DNA of 64,000 nucleotides from the human T2T-CHM13v2.0 reference genome, Homo sapiens, in assembly GCF_009914755.1 (NCBI RefSeq), contig NC_060937.1. One strand, given 5' to 3'. Made by a program: the position numbers and the translations under genes. The notes beneath the pieces were generated by a model. It had not been told where the DNA came from and did no database searches. It saw only the letters and a list, made by a program, of their open reading frames with translations. Below are positions 15,731 through 27,209 of the stretch, piece after piece. How positions within the stretch are numbered: the first letter of the stretch is position 1; the number at the start of each line of letters is the position of its first letter.

Positions 15731-17254
15731 GGAGTGAGAGGGCGCATCTTTCCATCCAGCAGCACCTCTGCCACATGCACAGACGGCCTGCTGGTGCAGG
15801 CAAGAGTGGTGGGCAAAGAGCAGCCGACAGGATGCATGACAGCAGTGTTCTAGAATCCCAGACCCAGAGCTCTGACAGAGCCCCTGGCAGGTTACTCTTC
15901 CCCCAGGCAATAAAAGAGAAAAGAAAAACAAGCAGAATCCCTTAAAGTCAGGTTAACCAAAGACAAGTCAGTCTGGTCTGAGGGAGCAGAAGCTTGCCGC
16001 ATGGGAGGGGCACTGCCATTACTGGCCCAAGCAGGTCCCGGGCTGTCTGGTTATGGATACACTAATGGAACAGAGCGCTACAAGGAGCTAGTCCTTCTAA
16101 TCTCTGATACCAGTTATTCGCAAAAGCATATTCCAAAATACCTCAGAGCTTAAAATATTTAACAGTTAATATAGCACCACTTAAATTCCAACATACATAA
16201 CACTGACTTGCAAAATGCATCTGATGCCTTGAGTGATGCTCTCCTTTCTTCCTCCCACATATTGCGAGTGCTAACATAAGACCCTCCATAAAATGCATCC
16301 TCTCTCTGGGTTCCCGCAGGCTGGGACCACCCAATCTGATCACAAGGGCATATGGCATGCCAATACCCCCTTCTCAGTCTCAGACGGTAGCCTCACCAGC
16401 CGGGAAAGGTCTCAGCATTTCTGCATGCTTCGCTGTACCAAGCAGCTGCTGGCAAGACACACACAGAAACTCTGAGATATATTTGTCCCCACTCATTTTG
16501 ACAAAAGCTGTGAGAAGAACAGAAGGAAAAATGGCAAGGCATCCTGAGAGAGGAGGAGACCCATATGTGGCTCCTCACAAACCTGGTGCTGGTGGGAAGG
16601 CCACAAGAGGCACACCCATCTGTGACTTGACACCTCTTCATGCCTGATAAAGGGACAGAACACGGAAGTGTCATGTCAAACTGCACTTCCTCTCGCTCTC
16701 AAGACCCTTCACCCCAAAACATGTTAAGTAGCTGGATTTTTTAAAAAAATAAAACTATAAATATTTGTCTCATACCCATCATAGTTTTCTTTCATGCTCC
16801 CTTTAAATTTCTCCCCCCCGCATCAAGGACTGGCCATAAGCCATTAGTAAGAAAAACCTGGCCAACTAGAAGACTGGAATGTAAAGGGGCTAAATAATTC
16901 ACTATAACTGGGAGACGGTTCACATATATAATACCCTAAATATACACTTTACCACATATTATTTCTAGGACTATACCAAGAACATGTAAGCTGATAAAGC
17001 TACATTAGAAAACTATTCTTTAATAAAATATCTTATTCCTTTCTCTGTATGTATTTAGCTTTGATGAATACATGGCATTCTCACACATACAAACCCTCAC
17101 TTCATAATTTAAACTTAAGGCCACTAATTACCCATTTATACACACAGACTACATACATATAAGTACACTTAAATAAATATATTTGTTTACAAGTAAAGAC
17201 TAGTTTATTCTAACACCATTAAACTACTTGTTAATTAAGCAAGATAGCATTTAC

Positions 17255-17416
17255 CAGCCAGGAGGAGATCAATAGTTCTGAATCTTCTTTTGTCCAATTG
17301 TATGCTGTATATTCAAGGGCATTATTCTCTCCTTGCTGTTTGCACATATAAGCACAGTTTCTTTCAAAAACGGTGCGGATGCCTTTAAACAGAATCACAC
17401 TAGTAGTGCAACCCAT
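17255..17416 (-). CDS. DOCK9: Coding part of an alternative first exon of DOCK9 (zizimin-1, DOCK-D Cdc42 GEF), 54 aa MGCTTSVILF...ELLISSWL, phase-0 donor
   Basis: Seen: ATG at 17416-17414 in strong Kozak context (GGGATGG), first in-frame ATG after an in-frame TAG at 17569-17567; 162 nt open; ends at CTG|GTAAAT on a codon boundary; no repeat similarity. Knowledge (recalled, not searched): near-identical to the mouse Dock9 N-terminus MGCTTSVVLFKGIRTVFERNCAYMCKQ...SSWL, followed by AKPKLIEPLDY. Confidence 0.88.
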
Positions 17417-18000
17417 CCCCAAGGTGTGGATGTTCAGTTTTTTAGCAATCTCTACTCCATTTCCACATCCTCTTCCTTGGCTCTTCCGAAACAGGCTCCC
17501 ACTGTACCATCTTCGTGACAAGCAGTCACCGGTACCGGAACAGAAGGGAAGCTCTGAGCTGCCGTACTAGAATCCGCTCCTGCTCAACAGCCTGACAAAA
17601 AATCCAGACTCCGAGTGTAAAACAGGAGGGGTGGTGCAAACACAAGATGACACACCTCGGATGCACCAAACCTTTAAAGTATCGTTTTTCTAGCTGATTG
17701 CTTCACTCTTAATACCAAAGAACAAATAAGCAGGAGATTTACATGTGGCTCTACTGGAAAACTGCCGGCTCCTGTGATTTGCTTGGGATTGTTCTGAATC
17801 TCAGAACCTGCCCAAAATGAAAAAGACAGTGCCAGACAGCCACACTGCTGCAGATGCTGCTGGGAGGCACAAAGAATGTTCATCTGCTGCAAGAAATCGC
17901 TCTCCCAGAATGCTTAGCCTAGCATCTATATTAGCAAACATCTCTTTCCTTGACCTAAATATGCTGTTTATTTAATCCTGCATCAGCGGGAAACAGAGAA
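17417..18000 (-). promoter_or_regulatory. Putative 5' UTR and internal promoter of the alternative first exon
   Basis: Repeat-free and modestly CpG-retaining (about 10 CpGs in 17480-17900); palindrome CCGGTACCGG at 17529-17538; forkhead-like motifs (GCAAACA near 17636 and 17934, TGTTTAT near 17965); CAGATG/CATCTG E-boxes. The TSS cannot be placed from sequence. Confidence 0.5.
17442..17510 (-). other. Upstream ORF of 22 codons (MVQWEPVSEEPRKRMWKWSRDC*) in the putative 5' UTR
   Basis: AAGATGG start at 17510 and TAA at 17444-17442, out of frame with the main ATG. It is a uORF only if the TSS lies upstream of 17510. Confidence 0.45.
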
Positions 18001-19447
18001 GCAAAGGAAAAAAAAAAGTCCAAAAAACGAGTGAAATCTCTAAGATGACTGCTGCTATGGAAACACATGCAAGCCCACTTCAAACAATCTTTTGCACGTA
18101 TGGATAACAGCTTGCTGACAGCAAACCACAAGGGAACACAACATTGCTGTGTCGATCTTGACTTCAGCCCACCTCTACTCTTTGCTAGAGAGGGCTAGCA
18201 AGATTGCACTGCTTAAAAGGATTCTCCCGTCTCTGGTACCCAAAGATGCAAATGAGAACATGAATAAAGGGCTACCCAGTCTGGCTAGATGCATGCCTTC
18301 TGAAGCAGCACTCCAGTATGCAATGGGAAATACATGCTGAGGTCTCACAGTCAGCATGATTATGTTTGGTGTGTAAGTAATCCAACTCCTTCTACTGTAG
18401 ACTGAACTCAGTGACACTACACTACCTCACGTGAATCTCTGGGAATGGCTAACAGGGAAGCTTGTCAATGATATGATACCAAGTTGACTCTTGCCATTTT
18501 CCTTCTTCAACAATGAAAGGCTAACTATATAAAAAGACCATGCTGCACATACAGGAAAACTTTTCCCAGCCACAATATGTAACTAGGAAAAAAGTGATCA
18601 ATCTTTTAAAATCTGCTCTGATATTATTCCTTATTTCACAAGGCAACAGATAATTTCATTTCTCTCTATAGATGTGAAAGTTAGAGTGAATTAACTGACT
18701 GAGTACCTGGGGGCTGTGTAAACCCACGCATGTAGTAAAATCATACCTGTAGGGAATACCATCCGGGCACGTGATCCCATAATGTCTGTTTTCTATGAGT
18801 AGTTTAGCCATTGGGCCCCACAGAAAACCAAAAATCTAGGCTTATTCTCTCTCCTGTATTTTTATGCAAAGTGTGTCTGATAGCTGTACAAGATCAAAGA
18901 TGGGGAGATGTTGGCCACATGCAAAAAACAGGATGACCCTCTGGGGTCTAGAGCATTCCACTTCCAAAGGGTGATTCTGTGAAAACAGAGCTATAGGGTT
19001 CAAGATTACACCCAAGTTGTGACACTAGGAGAATCTTCATGCGAAATCACAATGCTGACAGATAAACAACTAGAAACTCACCTACCCAGAAACTGAATAT
19101 TGGAGACTATAAAACACTAAACACATAAGTTAAATGTCAGTTTTGAGAATTCAGAAAATCTACCAATTAACCTGACTCCTATACAGCAAGAGAAATAGCT
19201 TTAAAAGCAATAGTTCATTCAACAGAAATAAAGAGAGTACCTGGAAATGTAAAATTAATTTGTTATTGTTATGACATATTTTAGACATCCTGCCTGCAGA
19301 AGCCAGGGAATATTATTTGAGATACAAAAGATTACGTTTGAACTTTACCGAGAATTAGAAATAACCAAGCAAATTGGAAGCTGCTGGTATATGCTGTTTG
19401 ATTTACTTTTAGAACCCTCCATTCGTGTTTAAAACAAGAGTCTAAAT

Positions 19448-19670
19448 CAGGAGTGTCCAATCTTTTGACTTCCCTGGACCACACTGGAAGAAGAATAATT
19501 GTCTCGGGCCACACATAAAATATACTAACACTAATGATAGCTGATGAGCTTTAAAAAAAATCACAAAAAATCTCATAATGTTTTAAGAAAGTTTACGAAT
19601 TTTTGTTGGGCCACATTCAAAGCCAGCCTGGGCCACATGTGGCCTGAGGGCTGCGGGTAGGACAAGCTTG
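19448..19670 (+). mobile_element. MER30 (hAT-Charlie) DNA transposon
   Basis: CAGGAGTGTCCAATCTTTTG ... GGACAAGCTTG termini; perfect 8-bp TSD GTCTAAAT at 19440-19447 and 19671-19678. Confidence 0.93.
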
Positions 19671-19678
19671 GTCTAAAT

Positions 19679-19850
19679 GGTCTCACCACAAAAAAATAAA
19701 GAAAAAAGGTAACTAAGTGAGGTAATAGGTGTGTTAGCTAACTCAATTGTGGTAATCATTTCACAACATATATCATCATATTGTATACCTTAAATTTATA
19801 CAATTTTGCCAATCATATCTCAATAAAGCTAAAAAAGATAAATAAAAGTA
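19679..19850 (+). mobile_element. L1MA/MB 3' terminus
   Basis: TCTCACCACAAAAAA..GGTAACTAAGTGAGGTAATAGG..TTGTGGTAATCATTTCACAA..CTCAATAAAGCT. Confidence 0.8.
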
Positions 19851-19946
19851 AAAGCTAAATTTTAAAAAAACAATAAGAGAGAATGAAACAATTTCCTAAC
19901 TCATTCAAAGGAAAAAGCAATGTTTTCTGGAGATAAATTAATAAAA

Positions 19947-20318
19947 TGTTACAGTTTGAATGTGTCCCCCAAAGTTCATGAGTTAGAAACTTAATCTTCA
20001 ATGGACAGTGCTGGGAAGTGGGACCTTCCAGTAGTGATTAGGGCAGAGCCTCACTGATTAATGGTGTTCTCAAGAGTGGGTTTCTAATAAAAGAATGAGG
20101 TCAGTCCCCTTTCTCTCTCTCACTCTTGCATGTTCTCTTTTCCTTCCACCTTTCACCTTCCACCACAGGATGATGTGGTATGAAGACCCTTACCAGCTGC
20201 TGCTGCCATGCTCTTACATCTTCCAGACTCTAGAACAGTGGGACGAATAAATTTCTGTTCATTACAAATTACCCTGTTTGTGGTATTCTGTTATAGCAGC
20301 AGAAAATGGACCAAGACA
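19947..20318 (+). mobile_element. MST-type (MSTD-like) MaLR LTR
   Basis: TGTTACAGTTTGAATGTGTCCCCCAAAGTTCATG ... GGTATTCTGTTATAGCAGCAGAAAATGGACCAAGACA. Confidence 0.88.
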
Positions 20319-20819
20319 TATACACATTGAAGCAACTTGTGCCAAATTTAAGTATTAGTCATTTTCCAACCAACAAAATTAGTGGGCTCTTGAAAAGCAA
20401 CAGAAAATATTTAGAGTGAAGTATTCAGAAACAGGTCTCATGATAATAGAAGCAAGACAAAATGAGTAATTCAAAAGGTATGTTTGGTTTCACTGACTTT
20501 TCTGTATCAGAATGAACTTGAGTTGTTCTAAATTGAAAATTACCATGAATTTCATCAGAGGACATGAATAGATGGATGGTATCTACTGGCAACCAGTGTA
20601 GCCACCTAAAAGAGTATATATTTCAATTTGGAGATCACATTTACTCTCCCATCTTTAAATGTCACTTCTAATTTATACAGCTCCTAAGACTAAATGTCTG
20701 CCTTTGAATCCCTTTTGAGATGCAGGCCCAGGTCTTCCTCTCCTGCTAATACTGACACCTGACTCTCCTACCATCTCACCCTCAGATGTTCCAAATGAAT
20801 CATCCTTTAAAATGACAAA

Positions 20820-21213
20820 CTCATATGGCACATCCACACAATGGAGTATCATTCAATCACAGGCAGGAACAAAGTACTGATGCATGCCACTACACGAATG
20901 GCCCGAAAACCATTATGTGAAGGAAAGAAGCCAGGCACCAAAGACCCCATATTGTATTACTGAAAGGAAATTTCCAGAACAGACACATCCAGAGAGATAG
21001 AAAGCAGATTAGTGATTATGGAGGGCTAGGGAGACCAGGAAATATGGGGTCATTGCTAGCGGGTATGAGGTTTCTTTTTAGGGTAATGAAAATGTTCAGA
21101 AATTAAAGTGTTTCTAATATATATTCTCAAATGTATATATAATCTATACACACATACAGTCTGTGACTACTGAATTGAATACATTTATGGCGTGTGAATG
21201 TAATTTTTAAAAA
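20820..21213 (+). mobile_element. L1MB-type 3' UTR fragment
   Basis: ATCCACACAATGGAGTATCATTC, GAAAGCAGATTAGTGATT, GGGTAATGAAAATGTTC. Confidence 0.8.
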
Positions 21214-21224
21214 GTGACTACACT

Positions 21225-21582
21225 TGTGATGCTTTGAAGCCTCATTCCTCCTTCATCCCTTTCTGTCCACATCTGGGCAGGCAGAGAGGAAAGTCCAGGT
21301 GGCTCCCTCTTATGACACCAACAGTAAATTCAAACCCTTCAATGGGAACCCTCACTCCACACCATCCCCCAATAATCATCACCAAAAAAAGCCAAGCCAG
21401 TCTCTTTTCCCTGCTCTCTCAAGCCATTTTAGGACCTCTTGGGAGCTGTCCTATTCTCCCCAGAAAGCCTCATTATATTTCACATCCTCTTGGGGTGGGT
21501 GTGATGTCAGCTGACTCAGTATCTAAAGCAAATGTGGCCAAGTGGAGGAGATCCATCCCGTTTCTGTGGAGTGGCCCTGACA
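21225..21582 (+). mobile_element. ERVL LTR, MER54-like
   Basis: CTCTCTCAAGCCATTTTAGGACC..CTCCCCAGAAAGCCTCATTAT..TCCATCCCGTTTCTG..GACA terminus. Confidence 0.6.
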
Positions 21583-21609
21583 GTGAATTCTATCTCAAAG
21601 CTGCTATTA

Positions 21610-21952
<343 letters not shown>

Positions 21953-23164
21953 CTACTCTGCCCACCCCATAGGTTGTCAAGTTCAAATAAGGTAACAGGA
22001 GAGAACTCAACAAGAAATTGCTAGAAATATGTAAGTACCTATTGTCTTATACTTCACAAAGGATTTACTGTGTAACCTAAAACAGCACCTTGCTTGATAA
22101 ATTCAACAATTTCTGAACATTGTTTTGGTCCCACTTCTCAGCAATATACTAAACCACATTAACATGGGAGGTGGCTGGGGCTACCTCAGGGTGTGCATTT
22201 TAGACCTGGGAAAGGGGCTCCAGGCTGCACAACCCCCCAGAAAGCCCGCACAGAAAATAAATTCAGGTTAAGACCTGCCAGCCCACTTGGTGGTCATAAC
22301 AAACCTCAGCCATGCAGCCTGAGACCATAGCTAACAGGTCCCAAGCTTTGAGCTCCTGCAAAGCTTAAGCATCTGCAGCTGCTGTTCCCACCTACAGCTC
22401 TCTCTTTGCTGACTTTCTGTTTTAAATGTATTCCAACAGACAAATTATTTTGATTGGTAGACGTATTTACTACTCTTCTAGAAACATGTGAAAAAAGAGG
22501 AATCTAGAGTGACACCTAAAAAATCTAGAACTATAAACTGGAATTAATACTGTATTTCAAACAGATATAAGTCTTCTACTTATATATCAGACCTGGGGTC
22601 TATCTTAGGAGGCCAGGAAAGGAGAGGAATTCTCTCCATTCTGCAGTGGCTGAAAGGAAGATCTCACATAATGATAATACCTCATACATGATACAGCACA
22701 CTTCACCAAATCTAAGTAAAGGGAGGACAGATAGAATTCAGTCTAACACGTCATTCATTCTATTTAAATGCCATTATGATAGCCAGTCCATTTGAAAAGT
22801 TTACTTCCATATCTGACAGTCCATATTTCATAAATCAAGGCAGTGAATTCTGCTGAGCAAAGAAATGTTATGTAAGTTGGTCTCTCAATGCCTCGTTCCT
22901 TTTATAACCAATCAATATAATCAAATGTAATTAGAGTATCTGGCACAGAGCCTAGTATATACCACATGCTCAATAAATGCTGGTCTCTCTTCTTCTTTTG
23001 TCCCAAATTAAATGGTTTTCTTCCCTGATAATGAGACTAAAAGTAGGGTAATTCTTCTAAAAATACAAGCATCTCATACAAAATTCAAATACATGAGAAT
23101 TTCAGATATAGCAAATTCAAACAACAAATTTTATTTTTGTTGAAAAAATGATTTAAAGAGGGAA

Positions 23165-23543
<379 letters not shown>

Positions 23544-23562
23544 TTAGAGACAGGTTTTTCTC

Positions 23563-23787
23563 CAAACACCGCATGTTCTCATACATAAGTGGGAGTTGAA
23601 CACCGGGGCCTGTCAAGGGGTGGGGGACAAGGGGAGTGAGAGCATTAGGACAAATACCTAATGCACGCGGGGCTTAAAACCTAGATGACGGGTTGATAGG
23701 TGCAGCAAACCACCATGGCACACATATATTTATATAACAAACCTACACATTCTGCACATGTATCCCAGAACTTAAAATTAAAAAAAG
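23563..23787 (+). mobile_element. L1PA (PA7/8-like) 3' end with an internal deletion
   Basis: CAAACACCGCATGTTCTC..ATAAGTGGGAGTTGAACA..GCATTAGGACAAATACCTAATGCA..CTTAAAACCTAGATGACGGGTTGATAGGTGCAGCAAACCACCATGGCAC..CCCAGAACTTAAA. Confidence 0.93.
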
Positions 23788-24468
23788 ACTTTAAATAATG
23801 GAAATTAAGAAAGTATTATTAAATAAGGACATTTTAAATAAAAGTGTGAACTCTTACCATGGTGCATTTCAGGAACATAATCTTCAAAATTTCGACTTAT
23901 TGCATATTTAAATTTATCCATCATCTATTATCCCCATCTCAATACACAAGAGAGTTAGAACACTTTGAGATGTCTAGTGCCAGTTACCTTGAAGTGAACA
24001 AAGGTGACGGGCAGGTCCAGAGGGCACAGTGTGGACAGGAGTTGTTGGACCCCTGCAAGAGCTCAAGGCTGTACTCCTTCTGCCTGGACCACTCTGAAGT
24101 AAAATATTTTTGCTAAAAATATATCCCTAAAGTTATGACCACGTAAAATATTGGAGTCAGGTCTGTTGCTAATAGTGTTATTTAAATGTTCTCAAAAGTA
24201 GAGAACGCAAAAGAACACAGGTTTCTCCAGGTTGGTGCCAGAATGTCAGGGTGGCAAACAGTTCCTGTGGGCAGCTCTAACAACTGGCAAGCTCAATGAG
24301 TGACCAAGTGAAAGGAAGTGGAAACAACCAGACCTAGCTCCAAGGAGCAAGCGTCCAGGGAGGGACGGTGGGGGTCTTTCAGAGACCACAGTCACTCAAA
24401 AGAAATGAGAGAATCTTCCTTTTTCTGGTAGGAGATCAAGTTAAATAGCTTTTAAAATAACACAGGTC

Positions 24469-24758
24469 AGCCAGAAATGCTAGCACCTATAATTCCAGCA
24501 CTTTTGGAGTCTGAGGCAGGAGGATCGCTTGAGCCCAGGAGTTCAAGACCAGCCTGAGCAACATAGCAAGACCCCAGTCTATAAAAAAAAGAAATTTGAA
24601 AATTGGCTGGATGTGATGTCACAAGCCTGTAGGCCTGGCTACTTAGGAGGCTGAGGCGAGAAAAATCACTTAAGCCCAGGAATCGAAGGCCGCATTGAGC
24701 TATGACTGTGGCACTGCACTCCAGCCTGAGAGATAGAGACAGACCCTGTCTCTAAAAA
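24469..24758 (+). mobile_element. AluJ-type SINE
   Basis: GGATCGCTTGAGCCCAGGAGTTCAAGACCAGCCTG, diverged dimer. Confidence 0.92.
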
Positions 24759-24804
24759 TCAATCCATCAGGTCTTCAAAAGGGAGAAACATTTAAGAAAA
24801 ACAG

Positions 24805-25472
24805 CTTATTTGCTGGTAGAAATGTAAAATAGTGCAGCTGTTATGGAAAGCAGTTTGGCAATTCCTCAAAAAATAAAACATAATTACCATATGATCCAGC
24901 AATTTCACCTCTGGGAATAGACACAAAAGAAATGAAAGCAAGACTTGAAGAGAGATGTGCACACCCACGTTCATAGGCAGCATTATTCACAATAGGCAGC
25001 GTTATTCACAACAGCCAAGGGGCGAAAGCAACTGAAGTGTCCATCAGTGGATGAACAGATAAGCAAAATGTGGTATCTACACACACAATGGAATACTATT
25101 CAGCCTTAAAATGCAAGAAATTTTACATATGCTACAACGTGGATGAAATCTGTGGACTCTGTGATAAGTAAAATAAACCAGATACAAAAGGACAAATACT
25201 GCACGATTCCATTTGAAGTATTTAGAATAGTCAAATTCATAGAAACAGAAAGTAGCATGGTAGTTGCCAGGTGCTGGGAGAAGGCAAATAAGGGGTTAGT
25301 GTTTAATGGGGTCAGATTTACAGTTTCAGAAGATGAAAAAGTTCTGGAGATGAATGGTGATGATGGCTGCACAACAATGTGAATGTACCGAGTATCACTG
25401 ATGTGTACACTTAAAAATAGTTAAGGTGATAAATCTTATGTTACAGGTATCTTTCCATATTTTTTAAAAATA
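24805..25472 (+). mobile_element. L1MB (MB3/4-like) 3' region
   Basis: ATATGATCCAGCAATTTCACCTCTGGG, GGACAAATACTG, GATGAAAAAGTTCTGGAGATG; includes a 19-bp tandem duplication ATAGGCAGCRTTATTCACA. Confidence 0.9.
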
Positions 25473-27037
25473 GAAAACCAACTTGTTGGGCATTGTTTTC
25501 CTATCACTTCTAGAAACAGGTGAGGTGTAAGACCAGAAAAACGAGGATGGTAACTGGTCTTTTCTCGTCCTCTCTCCATTGGCCTGTCAGCCCCTCACAA
25601 AGGGAAGATAAGCTACAGGAACTATCCCTGTTGTTAAGCGATGAATGACTGCATTGCACTTCCTAGAAAAACCTTCCAACTATATAGCATCACAGAAAAA
25701 AAGATGCCTGAGATTTAAATTTCTGATTCATAGACAACTTCCACTACTTTCATTGACAGCCATGAAACGAATGAACAAATACAATGTACACAGGTCCAAC
25801 TGACCCCTCAGCTCAGGAACCTGCCAGAAGTGGCAACTTAAATTACTGTTACAGGAGGTCATGGAGCAAAACCATGGTTTCTTAGGGAGCTCAGTTCTTT
25901 AAAGAAAAACCAATAAATCCATAAATGCTGATGCTGTATCAAACATAAAAAGCTGCCAAAGAGCACATCTATTGGCAAAGCCGTCTAGCATCAGTGAACA
26001 CATCTGCAAGGGCTGATGGCACCAAGGATCACATGAGCGCAGGAAGCACCCATGGCCCCACTGTAAATTAGACACTGGATGAAGAACAAGGAAGCAGGAC
26101 AAACTCAATGGCATAATGAAGTCAGAACTCAAGGACCTCTTCTTGGCCTCCACCAGCCATTCCCAAAGAAATTATATTTTAGGCAGACACCCAAAAAGAC
26201 CACTTAATGGCAGGGTATACTGACTTTAAACAATAAAAGAGATATAAAGTATAACTTGCATACAAATGCACCCTTGAAACTGTTCACGTTCTTCATATAT
26301 GGAGTTATGGCTGTTGAAAAGTTGTTCCAACATGTGAAGAGACTAAAATTCAGATTCTACATACATCAGTTACTTTTATCTTACATTTTAGCAGCTGACT
26401 GTTTTAAGTCTTTTACTGTCATTGTGGCAGTATAGAAATGCTGTCTCAACATGAAGAAATATTCCTTGAGGGCGAAGAGGAAAACATAAAACACACATAA
26501 GATTTGAATTTGACTTTTTAAAAACTATTGCAATTTAGTGAGATTTTCAATTAGATTAATCAAAAGTAATAATGATACTAATGTGGTTACCTCTCTAAAA
26601 TATAGGAGGGGAAGTGCAATTTTTCAAAATAGTCCTATTTTTTTAAAAAGCAGTGTAAAAAGACACAAAATAAAATATGTACTCTCTTGTCCTGGCTTAT
26701 AGTCAGGTTAAATGAAACTAGACATTCCATATTTCCCTGTTTATAGAAGCTCATAAAAATTTACATTCTTTAGCTGACTCCTTACAAGGTTTTAATTTCT
26801 TTTCACAAAGACACAAAATTCTGAACCTTCACAAGACTCTCTTTTATATACAGCCAGTTGGGTTATGACTTAACTGTAACTAGGTTTTAAAAGAGTGTTA
26901 CTTCAATCAAACATTCCTTGACGTTTATGTGAATTTAGGTCAAAGAAGTGGGGAAATGTAGGAGAAACTATCCTCCACATAAGAACTGGACAGATTACAA
27001 TTATTGCTATCCCTCCCCGTCAATTAAAAACAAATAG

Positions 27038-27146
27038 GTGCTTGCTTCAACACCACATATACTATTATAAAATTGGAATGATACAGAGAAGACTGGCATG
27101 GTCCCTGCACAAGGATGACACACAAATTCATGAAGCATTCCATATT
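27038..27146 (+). pseudogene. Processed U6 snRNA pseudogene
   Basis: GTGCTTGCTTCAACACCACATATACTATTATAAAATTGGAATGATACAGAGAAGACTGGCATGGTCCCTGCACAAGGATGACACACAAATTCATGAAGCATTCCATATT is colinear with full-length U6 (ACAGAGA box intact), with CpG-decay changes and a 5-nt insertion. A-rich tail at 27147-27180; TSD-like AAAACAAATAG / AAAACAGATAG. Confidence 0.95.
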
Positions 27147-27209
27147 AAAAAGAAAACAAAAACAAAAACAAAACAAAACAGATAGGACAAAAAAAAGATG
27201 ACAATAAGC

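Noticed and set aside
17231-17521. 96-aa ORF as a stand-alone small protein
   Set aside because: It starts at a TTG and runs past the splice donor at 17254; the supported unit is the ATG at 17416 through 17255.
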